Shown here in pieces: positions 40,901-54,897 of a DNA stretch of 64,000 bases. The stretch is from Blepharisma stoltei ATCC 30299 (Eukaryota > Protista > Ciliophora). A program made the position numbers and the translations under genes. The DNA is taken from the NCBI GenBank assembly GCA_965603825.1, contig CBFDEM010000055.1:468925-532924 (forward strand), given 5' to 3'. The first letter of the stretch is position 1. Every line of letters begins with the position of its first letter. Below the pieces are notes generated by a model, which searched no databases, was not told the DNA's origin, and was given only the letters and a program-made list of their open reading frames with translations.

Positions 40901-41402
40901 TTTGCATGTAAAAGCAGTTCCTCTATTTCTAATGGTAAAGACAATAGTTCAAATAACTTTGGTCGTAATGAACAAAACAGTAAAAAGAGCAGAAAGCACT
41001 ACTCATGGCGGTCTGTTTATAGCAGTGATGGTTTTGTATATTATTTTTTTATTTAAATTCAAGCCCTACAATTATCCAAGATTCAGCTGATGGCAGACTT
41101 TAATTTCAATTGCAGTTGTCTGGCTTGCTTTTCTATCAATAATTGCTCAAAATATTGGTGGAAGCCCACTTATTTTGACATCTATTTTAGTGTCTGGGTT
41201 GATAATAATAGCTCTAATAGGAGTATATGTCCAGCATAAAAAGTACCCAAGTCTACTATTCCGCAAAAAAGGCCAAGATGCATCCAATTTATTTAGATTT
41301 GCATTTTCTTTTGGCAAAAATTCAAAAATTGCCTTATCAAAAATTTTACCAAGTGGGACCTCTATGTCATCACCTCGAAAAGTTGAAGATCTCAGTCCTT
41401 AA
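37932..41402 (+). CDS. Receptor-array copy 9, 1156 aa
   Basis: ATG 37932 (MSSMKKS), single frame, TAA stop. Confidence 0.85.
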
Positions 41403-41566
41403 ACTATATATATTTGCAATTTAATTATAATTAACCTCTATTGATATATCTTTACTAATATTATAATATTAGTTATTTACAAAATTATTTACTTAGCGAT
41501 TAAGACTTAAGAAATATTTTGGTCTATAAGATCTCTCAGCCGATATTAATAATGCAATAAATTGAG

Positions 41567-41695
41567 TTAGAAATCATATATGAAAAAAGCTGTGCATTCT
41601 GGATATATCATCCATACGAGATTTGCCTAAAAAATAAATCACCTTGCTAAGTGGCATAATTGTGAATGCTGGGAATTATTAAATTGTTTTATCGT
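41567..41695 (+). pseudogene. Relic of a receptor 5' region, closest to copy 9
   Basis: ttagaaatc..atatgaaaaaagctgtgcattctgg...gtggcataattgtgaatgctgggaattattaaattgtttt aligns to 38031-38163. Confidence 0.65.
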
Positions 41696-42138
41696 CTAAG
41701 ACATTTTTTTAAAATTAATTAGCATTTACGCAGCTAATTTATATACTTTTTTATTATTTTAATTTATTTATTAAAAATAAATCAGATATCATAGCTTTTA
41801 TACTTTCCGATCTTTGCCTACAACTAACAATCATATTATTATGAAAATCCTTATGTTGAAGGCTAAAAGTACAAAAGCGCTTATTTTCGAGCTTGTAGAT
41901 CTGAAAAGTAAATGATAAAAATATTTAAAAAGGTATTAACTTGTCAATGATAATTTTTATAGATTATCTTAATTTCTAGGCATAACTTATAAATCTCAAT
42001 TAAAGACTTTATAGTTAATAAGGTCTGTGTAGCCTTAATTTTGAAAAATATTTATATTTTTAATTTTTTAATCTTACGTAGTTACTATTGTTAAAATCCG
42101 TATTACCAAATATTAATCACATAAAATAGCATTAAATA

Positions 42139-45100
42139 ATGTCCTACTTGAAAACGCCTGCAACACTTTTGAGTAGTCACTGGCTCCCTTTATGAAAACT
42201 GGTCATACTCATTTGTTTGCTAGATATTTATGTCTGCTTAGAAGTTATTGTGATCTACGAAAAAAGCAATATCTTTAGCCCAAACTTCTTATTAGGCTTA
42301 TCAGAAGAGCTTAACACCCTTTTTGAATGGCATGATTGCGAATATCCTGAAACTTTAAATTGCTTTAATTCATATGAGAACTCTATACTTATTTTAGACT
42401 TAACAGATCGTATTGAAACGCAGATTTTCGTTTTAAAGTTATGCGAAGAGAGAAAAATTCCTCATTTAGTGTTTGAAAATAAGTTGAACTATACTGACCA
42501 GTTAACTTTTTCGATATCACCATCTCCTTCAGATCAAATAAGTGCTTTCATTTCTGTTCTTCGCTATTTCGGGTGAACCCAAGGTTTGGTGATAAATGAT
42601 AAATTTGCAAGTCCTTTAAAAGAAAATCTTAAAAATTACTCAGAAAATTTTAATTTTTTAAAGATTGAATCTGGTGCAAATATCGATGAGCTAGTCAATA
42701 GAGTGATTACTCCTTTAGGCACAAATCTATACTACATTTTCTTGAGCACTTCTAAATCTTATAAAATACAAAAGGCTTTGATATCCACTAAACTTTTATC
42801 TAGTGGAAATGGGGTTGTTTTAGATCAGAAAAGTGGATATGAATGTATAATTGATGGAGCCTTGATAATTACTGTAAAAGGGCAAGAATTCAACACTTCA
42901 GACGAGGATTATATGAAAGCATTGATTGAAAGTGTATTTTCTGATATATTGAAGAGTGTTAAAAATGAAAGCAGCCTTGAAATCCTTTCTCAGTTAAAAT
43001 TTCTTTTAAAAAAACATCACATCAACAGAGACTTTTCTTTAATCAATATTCAAGGCGGCGAAAGAGTTATAGTTGGAGAAATTTTTAATGAAAAATTATC
43101 AATTTTCAGAAATATCACTTTTCCTGGAAATTCTGATGAAATTCCCAGGTCTGAGAAGAAAATTTTACGCTTAAGTATTGAAGCTGGCTCTTCAAATCCA
43201 ACAGGACCAGGGATTTTTATTGGTTTGGTTGGAGGATATGGCTCATACGCAGCTCAGGATATAATTAACGAAAGTGGTTCTGGCTTACTCACAAATTTTC
43301 AAATCGAATTATTTAACTTTGACTGTGGAGCAACAATTTATAATGCTACGTTTGCAAATGCATGCTACCTAAAAGATAAAGAAAATTTTGGCTGAGGTCA
43401 CATCTCAGCTTGAGGATCAGTAATGACAGTTGGCTCAATGGTCTCTTTCAAAGAACTCAATTTGACTTTTCCAATTGTAAGTGCTTCAAATGGAGATGCA
43501 GGACTTAGCTCAAAGGCTAATTACCCTATGTATATGAGGGTCCAGCTTTCAAACTATTACGCATTCTCATTACTTCCAATTTTTATCAGAGCTTTGGGCT
43601 GGCATCAAGCTTCAGTTCTTTACCAAAATGATTCCTGAGGATTATCAGCCTATGATTATTTAACCCGAGGTGCGAATAATCAGCACATACAATTAATCAA
43701 TTCAGAAGGCTGCAGAGCTATTCCACCAAATCTTGACAGAGATGGTGTTAAAAATTATTCACACCTCCTCCAAGACATCATTGATTCTCAGGCAAGGTTT
43801 TTTATTCCACTTGTGCAATTTCCAGCAATTTATTACATATTTGAAGAATTTTATGATTTAGGACTTAGAAAAGGAGATCTTGTTATTTCAGCACCGCTTG
43901 CAGATATTGTTCCACTTATAGGATATGACAACGCATATACATATAAATTATATGAAACAGGAGTTCCAATGGTAACTATATATGGCCAAAGTTGAGTTGG
44001 GCCACTTGGAGCCAAAGCATCGTCACAGATAGCAAAGGTTTATGATAATCAAAAGAACTCCTATAGCTGCTTTTATTTCGACTCAGTCTTTTTGATTGCT
44101 TATGCTTTGGATTTTATGATAAACAGAGGACTCGATTATACTAATTCTACTAAATTGCAAGAAACTATGAGAAATCAACAATTTTATGGATGCACTGGAG
44201 AGGTGATGATTGAAAAAGGGTCAAATGATCGAATTTTACAAACCTTAGAAATTTTTGCTAACAAATTAGATGAAAATGGAAACTTGACGACTTATATTGT
44301 TGGGCAGTTTAAACCTCAAAGCACACAGATTATAAAAATCCAAGAATCTTTGGTATATGCAGATGGATCGACAGCTAAGCCAACAGATCTAAGAAACACA
44401 GATTATAAATGCCCTTTTGCTACTAAGCTTGTAAGAACTTTTGCAAAAGGGAGGGCTTTAATTTTTGGAATCTGCTTTGTTCTTACCTTAATTTCTCTCT
44501 GCATTACCATTTATATATGAAAACGATGGTGAAAAATCTCAGTTGCTCCTTTAACTGTGAAAGAAGAAATTTCAATGCAAGATTTTATCATCGGAGCAAC
44601 GATTGTGGTTGAGTTTTTTCAATTTTGCTCGATGGGACCAGATTTTTCTCCTATAAACTACACATTGGCTGATATAAGCAATACCTTTTCTTTGAGTGTA
44701 GACAAAGCTTTAAATCAGCGGAACGGAATTTTTTGAATAGTTGTTAATGCTGTTTTTGGATCAATAGGATTATGAGTAATTCTATGTCTAGTTGTACTTC
44801 TACGACTAGATGAAAAATTTCCTACGAATTTTATATTTCGGAATTTAGATGCCTTTGCTGATTACTTTATGCCTATTTTAGGCGATTTGTGCTTTATTCC
44901 TTTTATTTCAGTATGTCTTGATATCTTCATATGTGATCAATCAATTGGAAATAATTTTACTGATAGCTTTCTTGCTCAAGATTGCTATTATTTTTGCTGA
45001 AAAGATGAGCATTTAGCCTATGCAATTTGTTCTGTGCTCGCTTTAATAGCTTATGAGCCTCTTGCAGTATTCTGTAGACCTCTATGACAAGAATTGCAGC

Positions 45101-45606
45101 CTCTTTTGCATGTAAAAGCAACTCCACTCTTTTTGATGGTAAAGACAATGGCTCAAATAGCCTTAATTGCTATGAACAAGACAGTAAAAAGAGCACAAAG
45201 CACTCTTCATGGTGGTCTCTTTATAGCTGTGATGATTTTTTATATTATTTTTTTATTTAAATTCAAGTCCTACAATTACTCAAGATTCAGCTTGTGGCAA
45301 ACTTTAGTTTCAATTGCAGTTGTCTGGCTTGCTTTTCTCTCAATACTAGCTCAGTGAACTGGAGGCAACCCAATAATAATGACATCTATTTTAATTTTAG
45401 GATTAGTAATTATAGCCTTGATTGGATTATATATTCAGCATAAAAAGTATCCAAGCCTCCTATTCCGTAAAAAAGGTCAAGATGAATCAAATTTGTTCAA
45501 GTTTGCATTTACTTTTGGCAAGACTTCTAAACTTGCTTTATCAAAAATTGTTCCAAGCGGAACATCAATGTCATCTCCACGAAAAATTGAAGATCCAAGC
45601 CCTTAA
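42139..45606 (+). CDS. Receptor-array copy 10, 1155 aa
   Basis: ATG 42139 (MSYLKTP), single frame with TGA=Trp, TAA stop. Confidence 0.85.
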
Positions 45607-45753
45607 AACGTTTACTGTTTAATATTTAAAATTTAATAAAGCCCAAGCATAAATGTTAAATGATGATATATATTATTATATACATTATAATATTTTTAAC
45701 GAAAAATTTTATAAAATATACCTTTAATTACAAAATGGCTATAATAAATTATT

Positions 45754-46218
45754 ATGAAGAAGTGCTCTTCAAACTGCAATACTAGACCAAAGCTTATAAG
45801 AAATTTAAAAGAACTCGAAAATACTCTCCCAGTGAAATATTCAGTTTGGCCAATATCTAATGGCAGCATATATGATTGCATTGGCTCTATAGTTGGTCCT
45901 GAAAACACTCCTTATGAAAATGGGATTTTTTATGTAAGAATATCATTACCTACTCACAATCATGGGACTTTCGCTAATATTAAATTTCTCACAAAAATTT
46001 ATCATCCTAACATAAGTGCTCAAGAAGGAAATGTATCTTCACTTAAGTTGAGAGAAGCTAGGAATGATATAATGCTAATAATAGAAACACTATATAGCAT
46101 CCTGACGCATCCCGATCTAGAAAATTCTGAAAATATAGAAGCGAGAGATTGCTATATAGAGGATATAAAAGAATTTAATAAAGGTGCTGCAGAATGGACA
46201 AGACTTTATGCATCATAA
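45754..46218 (+). CDS. Ubiquitin-conjugating enzyme (E2)-fold protein, probably catalytically inactive
   Basis: IVGPENTPYENGIF, KFLTKIYHPNI and AAEWTRLYA are UBC motifs; Ser occupies the catalytic-Cys position. Confidence 0.8.
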   Translation: MKKCSSNCNTRPKLIRNLKELENTLPVKYSVWPISNGSIYDCIGSIVGPENTPYENGIFYVRISLPTHNHGTFANIKFLTKIYHPNISAQEGNVSSLKLREARNDIMLIIETLYSILTHPDLENSENIEARDCYIEDIKEFNKGAAEWTRLYAS

Positions 46219-46528
46219 GACGCAGTTTATAAAAATTAATAATAAATCAGAGATTTATTAATAGAAAAATATAAATCATTTTAGATAATAATGCAATATT
46301 CTTTCCAATTGATTAATTAAACTAATGCAGAGATTTAGTTTAAGTTAAAATTAATATTTAAGTAGATTAAGACACAACAAAAATTATTACAGTATCCTTG
46401 TTACTCTTGTTAAAAAAAAGTTAAAAATTAAATTCATGAGCTCAAGTTGCCCTTTAAAGAAATTCAGTCCCAGCAGATGGCTATTTTTTATTAAATTTTA
46501 GATATCTATCTCTTTTGTTTCTTTATTA

Positions 46529-49500
46529 ATGTCTTGTATTGAAGATTTGACCAAAAATCTTTGTCTATCTCGATTTTATTGATGGAAATTAGGTCTATTT
46601 TCTTCTCTCTTATGTATTTGCAGCTCTCTAGAAATCATTGTAGTATATGAAGAAAGCAACTCATTTTGAAACTCAAATAAGTTTTTGAATTTGTCTGCAG
46701 ATATAAATTCCCTTGTAGAATTGCATTATTGCGAATACTCAGAAGCAGATAAATGCATTGATTTTTACGAAAGTGCTCTGCTAGTTTTAGACTTAACAGA
46801 CCTAATTGAAACTCAGTTTTTTATTTCAAAATTCTGCAATGAAAGGAAAATTCCTCATTTGGTTGTCGAGAATAAGCTCAATTATTTTGATCAGCTAACT
46901 TTTTCTACTACGCCATTGTATTTAGATAAGCTTAACGCCTTTTTGGCTGTCCTTCGATATTTTGGGTGACAAAAAGGACTTGTGATTGACGAAAAAATTG
47001 AACAGTCTCCAAAGGCTGAATTTCAAGCATATTCGGAAAGCTTCAATTATTTAACGATTGAATCTGGGTCAAACATTGATGAATTAGTCAATAGAATTAT
47101 AACCCCTCTTGGAACAACCTTGTATTATGTATTTGTGAACTCTACTGAATCTTATAAGCTGCAGGAAGCATTAATGGATAACAATCTTTTGATTGAAGGA
47201 AATGGAATTGTTTTAGATCAAAATAGCGGATATAACTGCCTAATTGATGGCGCCTTAATTATTACAGTCCAAGGCCAAGAGTTTTCTTACTCAAAAGAAG
47301 ATTATATTAATTCAACAATAGAATCTGTTTTTTCTTATTTGCTGAAAAACATTAAAACAGAAAGCAGTCTTGAAATTCTTTTTAGTAAATATCCAAAATG
47401 GGGAAAGGGTGGTAGCTGGAGAAATAATTAATGGAGAGTTATCCTTATTAAGCAAAATAACCTTTCCAGGCAACTCTCAAGAAATTCCAAAATCAGCCAA
47501 AAAAACGCTAAAAATAAATATAGAAGCTGGAGCTTCAAATCCGACAGGAGGGCTTATTACTGTAGGTAAAATTGGAGGATATGGCTCATTTGCTGCTTGT
47601 GACGTAATTAATGAAGCTGATTCAGGAATTCTCGACAATTTTCAGTTAGATTTATTCAACTTTGACTGCGGGACTACTATTTATAATGCAACTTTTGCAA
47701 ATATTTGCTACTTAAAAGACATCAGGAAATTCGGTCTCGGACATGTGTCTGCCCTAGGATCAGTTATGGCAGTCGGATCAATGAAATCTTTTAAACAGCT
47801 TAACTTGACCTTTCCTATAGTAAGCGCTACAACCGCAGATATCAGTTTAAGCTCTACAGCCAATTTTCCAAATTTCATGAGAGTTCAGCTTTCGAATTCT
47901 TATGGATATTCCTTAATCCCAATTTTTATTCGAGCTTTGGGATGGGAAAAATGTGCTATTCTTTATCAAAACGATACTTGAGGGGCATCTGGGTATTATT
48001 ATTTCAATCAGAGCATCCAAAACCACGATATCTCATTAATCAACTCTGAAAGCAGCAGAGCTATTCCTTCAAATCTTGATAGAGTAGGAGTCAAAGAAAA
48101 TTCAAAAATACTTCAAGATATTATAGATTGCGAAGCAAGATTTTTGGTTCTAATTTTACAGTATCCAGCAGCTTATTATGTATTTGAAGAATTTTATGAT
48201 TTGGGACTGAGAAAAGGAGATATGGTAATCCTAACCTCAATTAGTGATTTAATTTCTTTTTCAGCATATGATGGTGCATATAAGTACAAACTATACGAAA
48301 TTGCTATTCCTGTCATAACTTTGTATGGACAAAGCTGAGTAGGGAAATTAGGAGAGAAGGCTTTATCACAGATTTCGAATGCTTATGGCAACCAGAAGAA
48401 CGCTTATAGCTGTTTTTACTTCGATTCAGTCTTTTTGATTGCTTATGCTCTGGATTATATGATTAACAGAGGGCTTGATTATACTGATTCCGATAAGCTG
48501 AATAACATTATGAGAAATCAGCAATTTTATAGCTGCACTGGAGAAGTTATTATTGAAAAAGGGTCAAATGATAGAATTATGCAAGCCCTGGAAATAGCTT
48601 AAATAAGCTAGATGGCAATGGAAACTTAACCACGTATATAATGGGACAGTTCAAACCTTATAGTATTCAGCTCATTAGGATCCAAGAGCCTTTGGTATAT
48701 ACTGATGGCTCAGCAATAAAGCCACCAGATTTGAGAAACACTAATTATAAGTGTCCTTTCCCTAATAGACTAGTCAAAACTTTTACAAAAGGGAGGGCAT
48801 TGGTTTTTGGGATTTGCTTTGGTGTTGCTTTGGTTTCTCTTTTTATTACTATCTATATATGAAAACGGTGATGGAAAATTCCTATTGAGCCATTAATAGT
48901 AAAGGGAGAAATTTCACTGCAAGATTTTATTGTTGGGATTGCTATTATTGTTGAATTTTTCCAATTTTGCTCTATGGGTCCTGATTTCGAGCCAATAAAC
49001 TCTACCTTGGCAGAGATAAGTAGCACCTTTTCATTAAGTTTAGATAGTGTTTTAAAGCTACGAAACGGCGTATTTTGAGTTATCGTTGATGCTGTGTTTG
49101 GAGCAATCGGGCTATGGGTAATTCTTTGCTTAGTGATTCTTCTACGTCTTGATGAGCATTATCCTAGAATATCTATTTTTATGTACTTAGATGTCTTTGC
49201 TGACTATTTTATGCCTATTTTGGGTGATCTGTGCTTTATTCCGTTTATTTCTATTTGTTTAGATATCTTCTTATGTGATCAATCGATAGGAAATAATTTT
49301 ACAGATAGTTTTCTTGCCCAAGATTGTTATTATTTTTGCTGAAAAGATGAGCATTTAGCTTATGCAATTTTGTCAATATTTGCTTTAATAGCTTACGAAC
49401 CTCTTGCAGTATTTTGTAGACCTCTATGGCAAGAATTGCAGCCACTTTTGCATGTAAAAGCAATCCCACTCTTCTTGATGGTCAAGACAATGATTCAAAT

Positions 49501-49948
49501 AACATTAGTTGTAATGAACAAGACAGTTAAAAGAGCGCAAAGCACTCTTCATGGAGTTCTATTTGTATTAGTTATGATTTTGTATATTATTTTCCTTTTC
49601 AAATTTAAGCCGTACAATTATCCAAGATTCAGCTGATGGCAAATTTTGGTTTTAATCGGAGTTCTCTGATTAGCTATTCTCTCAATAATAGCTCAAAGTT
49701 TCGGGGGAGACCCATTTATTTTGACATCTATTTTAATATTCGGACTGATAATCATTGCTTTAATTGGAGTTTATGTCCAGCACAAAAAATATCCAAGTCT
49801 TTTATTTCGCAGAAAAGGGCAAGATACAACAAATTTATTTAAGTTCGCGTTTACTTTTGGGAAACATTCAAAAATTGCTCTAACAAAAATCAGTCCGAGC
49901 AGCCTTTTAAAATCCTCCTCCCAAAAAGCTGAAAATCAGAGTTCTTAA
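46529..49948 (+). pseudogene. Receptor-array copy 11, pseudogene
   Basis: ATG 46529. A ~41-nt frameshifting deletion at ~47383 (relative to copy 12) leads to TAA at 47429-47431; a second 1-nt deletion lies at ~48600 (gct-taa). Confidence 0.75.
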
Positions 49949-50994
49949 TTTATAATCTCATAATATTTATATATAAAAATGATTACATTTTGCAAAATAT
50001 TAAATATTTAATATTTTGCCAATAGAAACCTCTTTATTTAATAAATCTGAATAAATATAGCAGCCCCTGAACAGCCGAAATGCAAGGGTGCTTAGAAGAC
50101 GCATGAAAAATTGATACCAATGCGAAAACAAAGTCGAAATTTGAAGTTAAAGCAGAAATATGTAGTTAAAGCAGAAATAATAGGTAAAATTAAAAAATTA
50201 TCAATCGAATTGCCAACAGAAGAATGTAGCGATGAGAGATATGAGCAACGACATAAGAATTTTTGCAAGAAATGCAATTGGATACTTAATAGATATTGAA
50301 ATTCTATAATTCAGAAATGCCAGAAAAATTTAATTCAGATTAGCATTAAATTTTGACAGTCGGTAAATACCTCTTTTCTGTCAAGGATGTCCTTGAGCTC
50401 TTTTTAATTTTGTGAAAATTACATAAATGAATTCAGTGTAAACCTTTATCCTTTTTAAATTTGATCTATATGGTAAGCATAAAAGTTTAAAGATATCAAT
50501 AAAATTAATTTCAAACTATAAAATATATATTAATTTTTTAGAAGTAGTGATCGACAGTTCTATGCTTAATTAAAAGTTTATTTTTCAACAAAATTCTTAT
50601 CCAAATCCCCGATTTCAAGTCATTTAAATAGCATAAAACTGATAATTAAATGGCTGAGTTGGCAATTTGTAACTGGCTCCCAGTAATCTTTTCTAAGTTC
50701 GATAAGCATCAATGCAGACAAGCTTAAAATTTAGCATAGAGTATATTATTTTAGTCTAGCTTAGTTTTCGACTCCAAGGTGGCCTGGGACAATTATAAGA
50801 CTATCAAAGCTTAGTTTTCGACAAAAATAGAGTAGAATTCACAATAATATTCAAATCAATATTATTGACCGTTTTGGGATAATAGAACTATGAGATTTAA
50901 ATATACTAAGTTTAAGCTTTGCTTTATAAATACAATTTGATTACATAATTAGTTCACCAGTTAATATATAAATGCCTAATAGTTTTCTTAAATA

Positions 50995-53900
50995 ATGTTT
51001 TTTATTGAATTTCATATAGCAGATTCAAGCTACGCTCAGCAACTTTGATGGAAGCTATTGCTTTTAATGTATCTGCTGCCTCTTTTCAGCTCTTTAGAAC
51101 TCATTGTTGTTTATCAAAAAAGCAGTTCACTTTTAGACTCAAATAACTTCTTGAATTTATCAGGAGATACAAATTCCCTTCTAGAATTGCATTACTGCGA
51201 TTATTCAGAGGCAGAAAATTGCATTTCATCTTACAAAAATGCCCTGCTGGTTTTAGATTTAACAGATCGTGTCGAGACACAGTTTTTAATTTTAGAATAC
51301 TGCAAGGAATGGAATACTCCTCATCTGGTTCTAGAAAATAAACTCAACTATTTTGATGAGCTAACTTTTTCGGTTACGCCTTCATCTTCTGACAAAATTA
51401 AAGCTATTTTAGCTGTCCTTCGCTATTTTGGATGGCAAAAAGGACTTGTAATATATGAAGAAATTGAGGAGTCGCCAAAGGCTGAATTTGAAAATTACTC
51501 TGCAGGGTTCAACTATCTAACAATTGAATCTGGGTCAAGCATTGAAGAATTAGTCAATAGAATTATTACCCCTCTTGGCACAACTATGTATTATGTTTTT
51601 ATGAGATCATCTGGGTCATATAAATTACAATTTGAATTATCTGATAATAAACTTTTAGTTGAAGGAAATGGGATTGTTCTGGACCAAAATAGCGGATATC
51701 AGTGCATAATTAACGGTGCATTGATAGTTACAGTTAAAGGCCAAGAGCTCTCGACCTCTGAGGACGAATATTTTAATAATGTGCTAGAAAGCTTTATGCT
51801 TTATTTGCTGGAACATGTCAAAACTGAAAGTAAGAAGGAAATTCTTTTTCAACTAAATTCTTTATTAAGCACAAATTTCAATTTTTCAGTAGTAAACATC
51901 CAGGATGGAGAAAGGGTAGTAGTTGGAGAAATCATCGATCAAGAATTCTCTTTATTAACCAATATAGCATTCCCAGGAGATACCCAAGAAACTCCAAAAT
52001 CTGCCAAAAAGATTTTGCTATTAAGCATTGAAGCTGGCTCTACAAATCCTACTGGCGCACCAGTTTATGTCGGCAAAATTGGAGGCTTAGGATCATATGC
52101 AGCTTGCGATGCAATTAATGAAGGCAGCTCTGGCTTACTTGACAATTTTCAACTCGAATTATTCAATTTTGACTGCGGAGCGACAATTTATAACGCCACA
52201 TTTGCAAATCCTTGCTATTTAAAAGATTCTGGAAAATTTGGGATTGCCCATGTAGCAGCGGCCGGATCAGGCATGGCTATCGGATCGATGAAATCTTTTC
52301 AGCAGCTCAACTTAACCTTTCCTATCGTTAGTGCTTCAAATGGTGATGTCAGTTTAAGCTCAACAGCGAATTTCCCAATGTATATGAGGGTTTCAGTCTC
52401 AAATTCCTATACATTTACCTTAATCCCTATATTTGTAAGAGCTTTGGGATGGGAGAAATGCGCTATTTTATATCAAAATGATACTTGAGGAAAATCTGGG
52501 TATTATTATTTCAATCAGAGCACCTATAATCATGACTTGGCATTAATAAACCCAGAAAGCAGCAGAGCAATTCCTCCTAGCCTTGATAGAGATGGAGTGA
52601 AAAAGTATTCGTATATACTCCAAGAAATTATTAATTCCAAGGCAAGGTTTCTAGTTTTCATCGTACTTGAGCCGTCTGCTTATTATATACTTGAAGAATT
52701 TTATAACTTAGGACTAAGGTCAGGAGATCTCATACTTTTAACGGCAGCTAATGAGTTGCTTTCTTTTTCTGGATATGACAATGCTTTTAAATATGAATTG
52801 CTAGAAATTGCTGTTCCTTTTCTAGCAATATATGGACGGAGCTGAGTCGAACCAGTAGCTTCAAAAGTTAAATCACTGCTAGCAAAGAGTTATGACAACC
52901 AAATTAGCCCTTACAGCTGCTATTATTTTGATGCTATATATCTAATTGCACATGCATTAGACTATATGATTGATAGAGGATTGGATTATACAGACCCAGA
53001 TAAACTGCAAAAAATCATGAGAAATCAGCAGTTTTATGGATGCACTGGAAAAGTTCTTATTGAAAAAAACACCAATGATAGAATTATGGAGTCCCTTAAT
53101 ATAGAAGTCAACAGTCAAAATAATGGAAATGTCACAACATTTTATATGGGTCTTTTTAAGCCTTATAGCACTCAGATTATTGAAATTACGAAGCCTTTGA
53201 TTTATGCAGATGGTTCAACAATAAAGCCATCTGATCTGAGAGACACTAATTATAAATGTCCGTTCCCTAATAAATCAATAAAGACTTTTGAAAAAGGGAG
53301 GGCATTGGTTTTTGGAATTTGCTTCGGTGTTGCTCTGATTTCACTTATTATTACTGTTTATATATGAAAACGATGGTGGAAAATCTCTATTGAGCCATTA
53401 ACTGCGAAAGAAGAAATTTCAACGCAAGATTTTATTGTGGGCGCAACCATTGTTATTGAATTTTTCCAATTTTCCTCAATGGGCCCTAATTTCTCTCCAA
53501 TAAACTCTACCTTAGCAGAGGTAAGCTACGCCTTCTCATTAAGCTTAATTAGCATTTTGAAGCTAGAGAATGGAATATTTTGAATTGTTGTAGATTCTGT
53601 TTTTGGAGCAATTATATTATGAGTAATTCTCTGCCTAGTAGTACTTCTACGGCTTGATGAAAAATTTCAGACGGTTTCTATGTTTAGATATTTGGATATT
53701 CTTGCTGATTATCTTATGCCTATCTTAGGAAATCTCTGCTTTATTCCCTTCATTTCAATTTGCCTGGATATATTTTTATGTGATCAATCAATTGGAGACA
53801 ATTTTACTGATAGTTTTCTAGCCCAAGACTGCTACTATTTTTGCTGGACAGGCGAGCATTTAGCTTATGCAATTTTGTCTGTATTTGCTTTAATAGCTTA

Positions 53901-54453
53901 TGAGCCTCTTGCAGTATTTTGCAGACCTCTATGGCAAGAACTGCAGCCTCTTTTGCACGTAAAAGCAGTTCCGCTGTTTTTGATGGTGAAAACAATTGTT
54001 CAAATAACTTTAATTGTGATGAACAAGACAGTGAAGAGGGCGCAAAGCACTCTTCATGGAGTACTCTTTTTATTAGTGATGGTTTTGTATATTATTTTCC
54101 TTTTTAAATTCAAACCGTACAATTATCCAAGATTCAGCTTATGACAAGCTTTAGTTTTAATTGGAGTCGTCTGGCTTGCTTTACTCTCAATAATAACTCA
54201 AAGCCTTGGCGGTAATGAACTACTTTTGACGTTTATTTTAATATTGGGGCTAATAATCATTGCTCTGATCGGAATTTATGTCCAACGTAAAAAGTACCCA
54301 AGTCTATTATTCCGTAAAAAAGGACATGACACTTCGACCTTATTTAAATTTGCTTTTACTTTTGGTAAACTTTCACAGAAGGCCTTAACAAAAATTTCTC
54401 CAAGTGTGCTATCTAAATCCTCAGCTCAAAAGGTTGAAAGCCAAAGTTCTTAA
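50995..54453 (+). CDS. Receptor-array copy 12, 1152 aa (most divergent intact copy)
   Basis: ATG 50995 (MFFIEFH...LWWKLLLL), single frame, TAA stop. Confidence 0.85.
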
Positions 54454-54897
54454 TTTATATAGTTATCTATGGACACCATTTATGAATTTAAGAGAAGTAT
54501 ATTATCGATTTTTGAATTGCTTAGAACTATATATTGAAAAAATTTCTCGATTTGTTTGATATGAAGCAAAGAAGAATGAGCAATTATATGAGAACGATTA
54601 TAAATAATAATTAAACTTTGGTGAAAATCAATAATTGATGATGCTTGCAAAAATAAAGAATGAAATTTAAAATAAAATAAGGGATTTGCTTTATAAATTA
54701 AATTAAATATATTTTTATTAAATAACGCTATGTATTAAAGGTCTGATAACAGACCTGAACTATAATCTGAGTTTTTGATGGGAATTCTTGCTCTTTTCTC
54801 ATCTACTGTCTTTTTGCAGCTCTTTAGAAGCAATTGTGATATATCACAAAAGCAGTTCATTTTTAGACTCAAATAACTACTTGAATTTATCAGAAGA

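Noticed and set aside
4860-54453. Interpreting the many short ORFs as separate small genes, exons or a pseudogene field
   Set aside because: In ten copies the fragments share one frame and are separated only by TGA, almost always at conserved Trp sites; no introns are needed
54739-54756. Hairpin aggtctg-ataa-cagacct
   Set aside because: A single 7-bp stem is expected by chance in 64 kb and is absent from the paralogs
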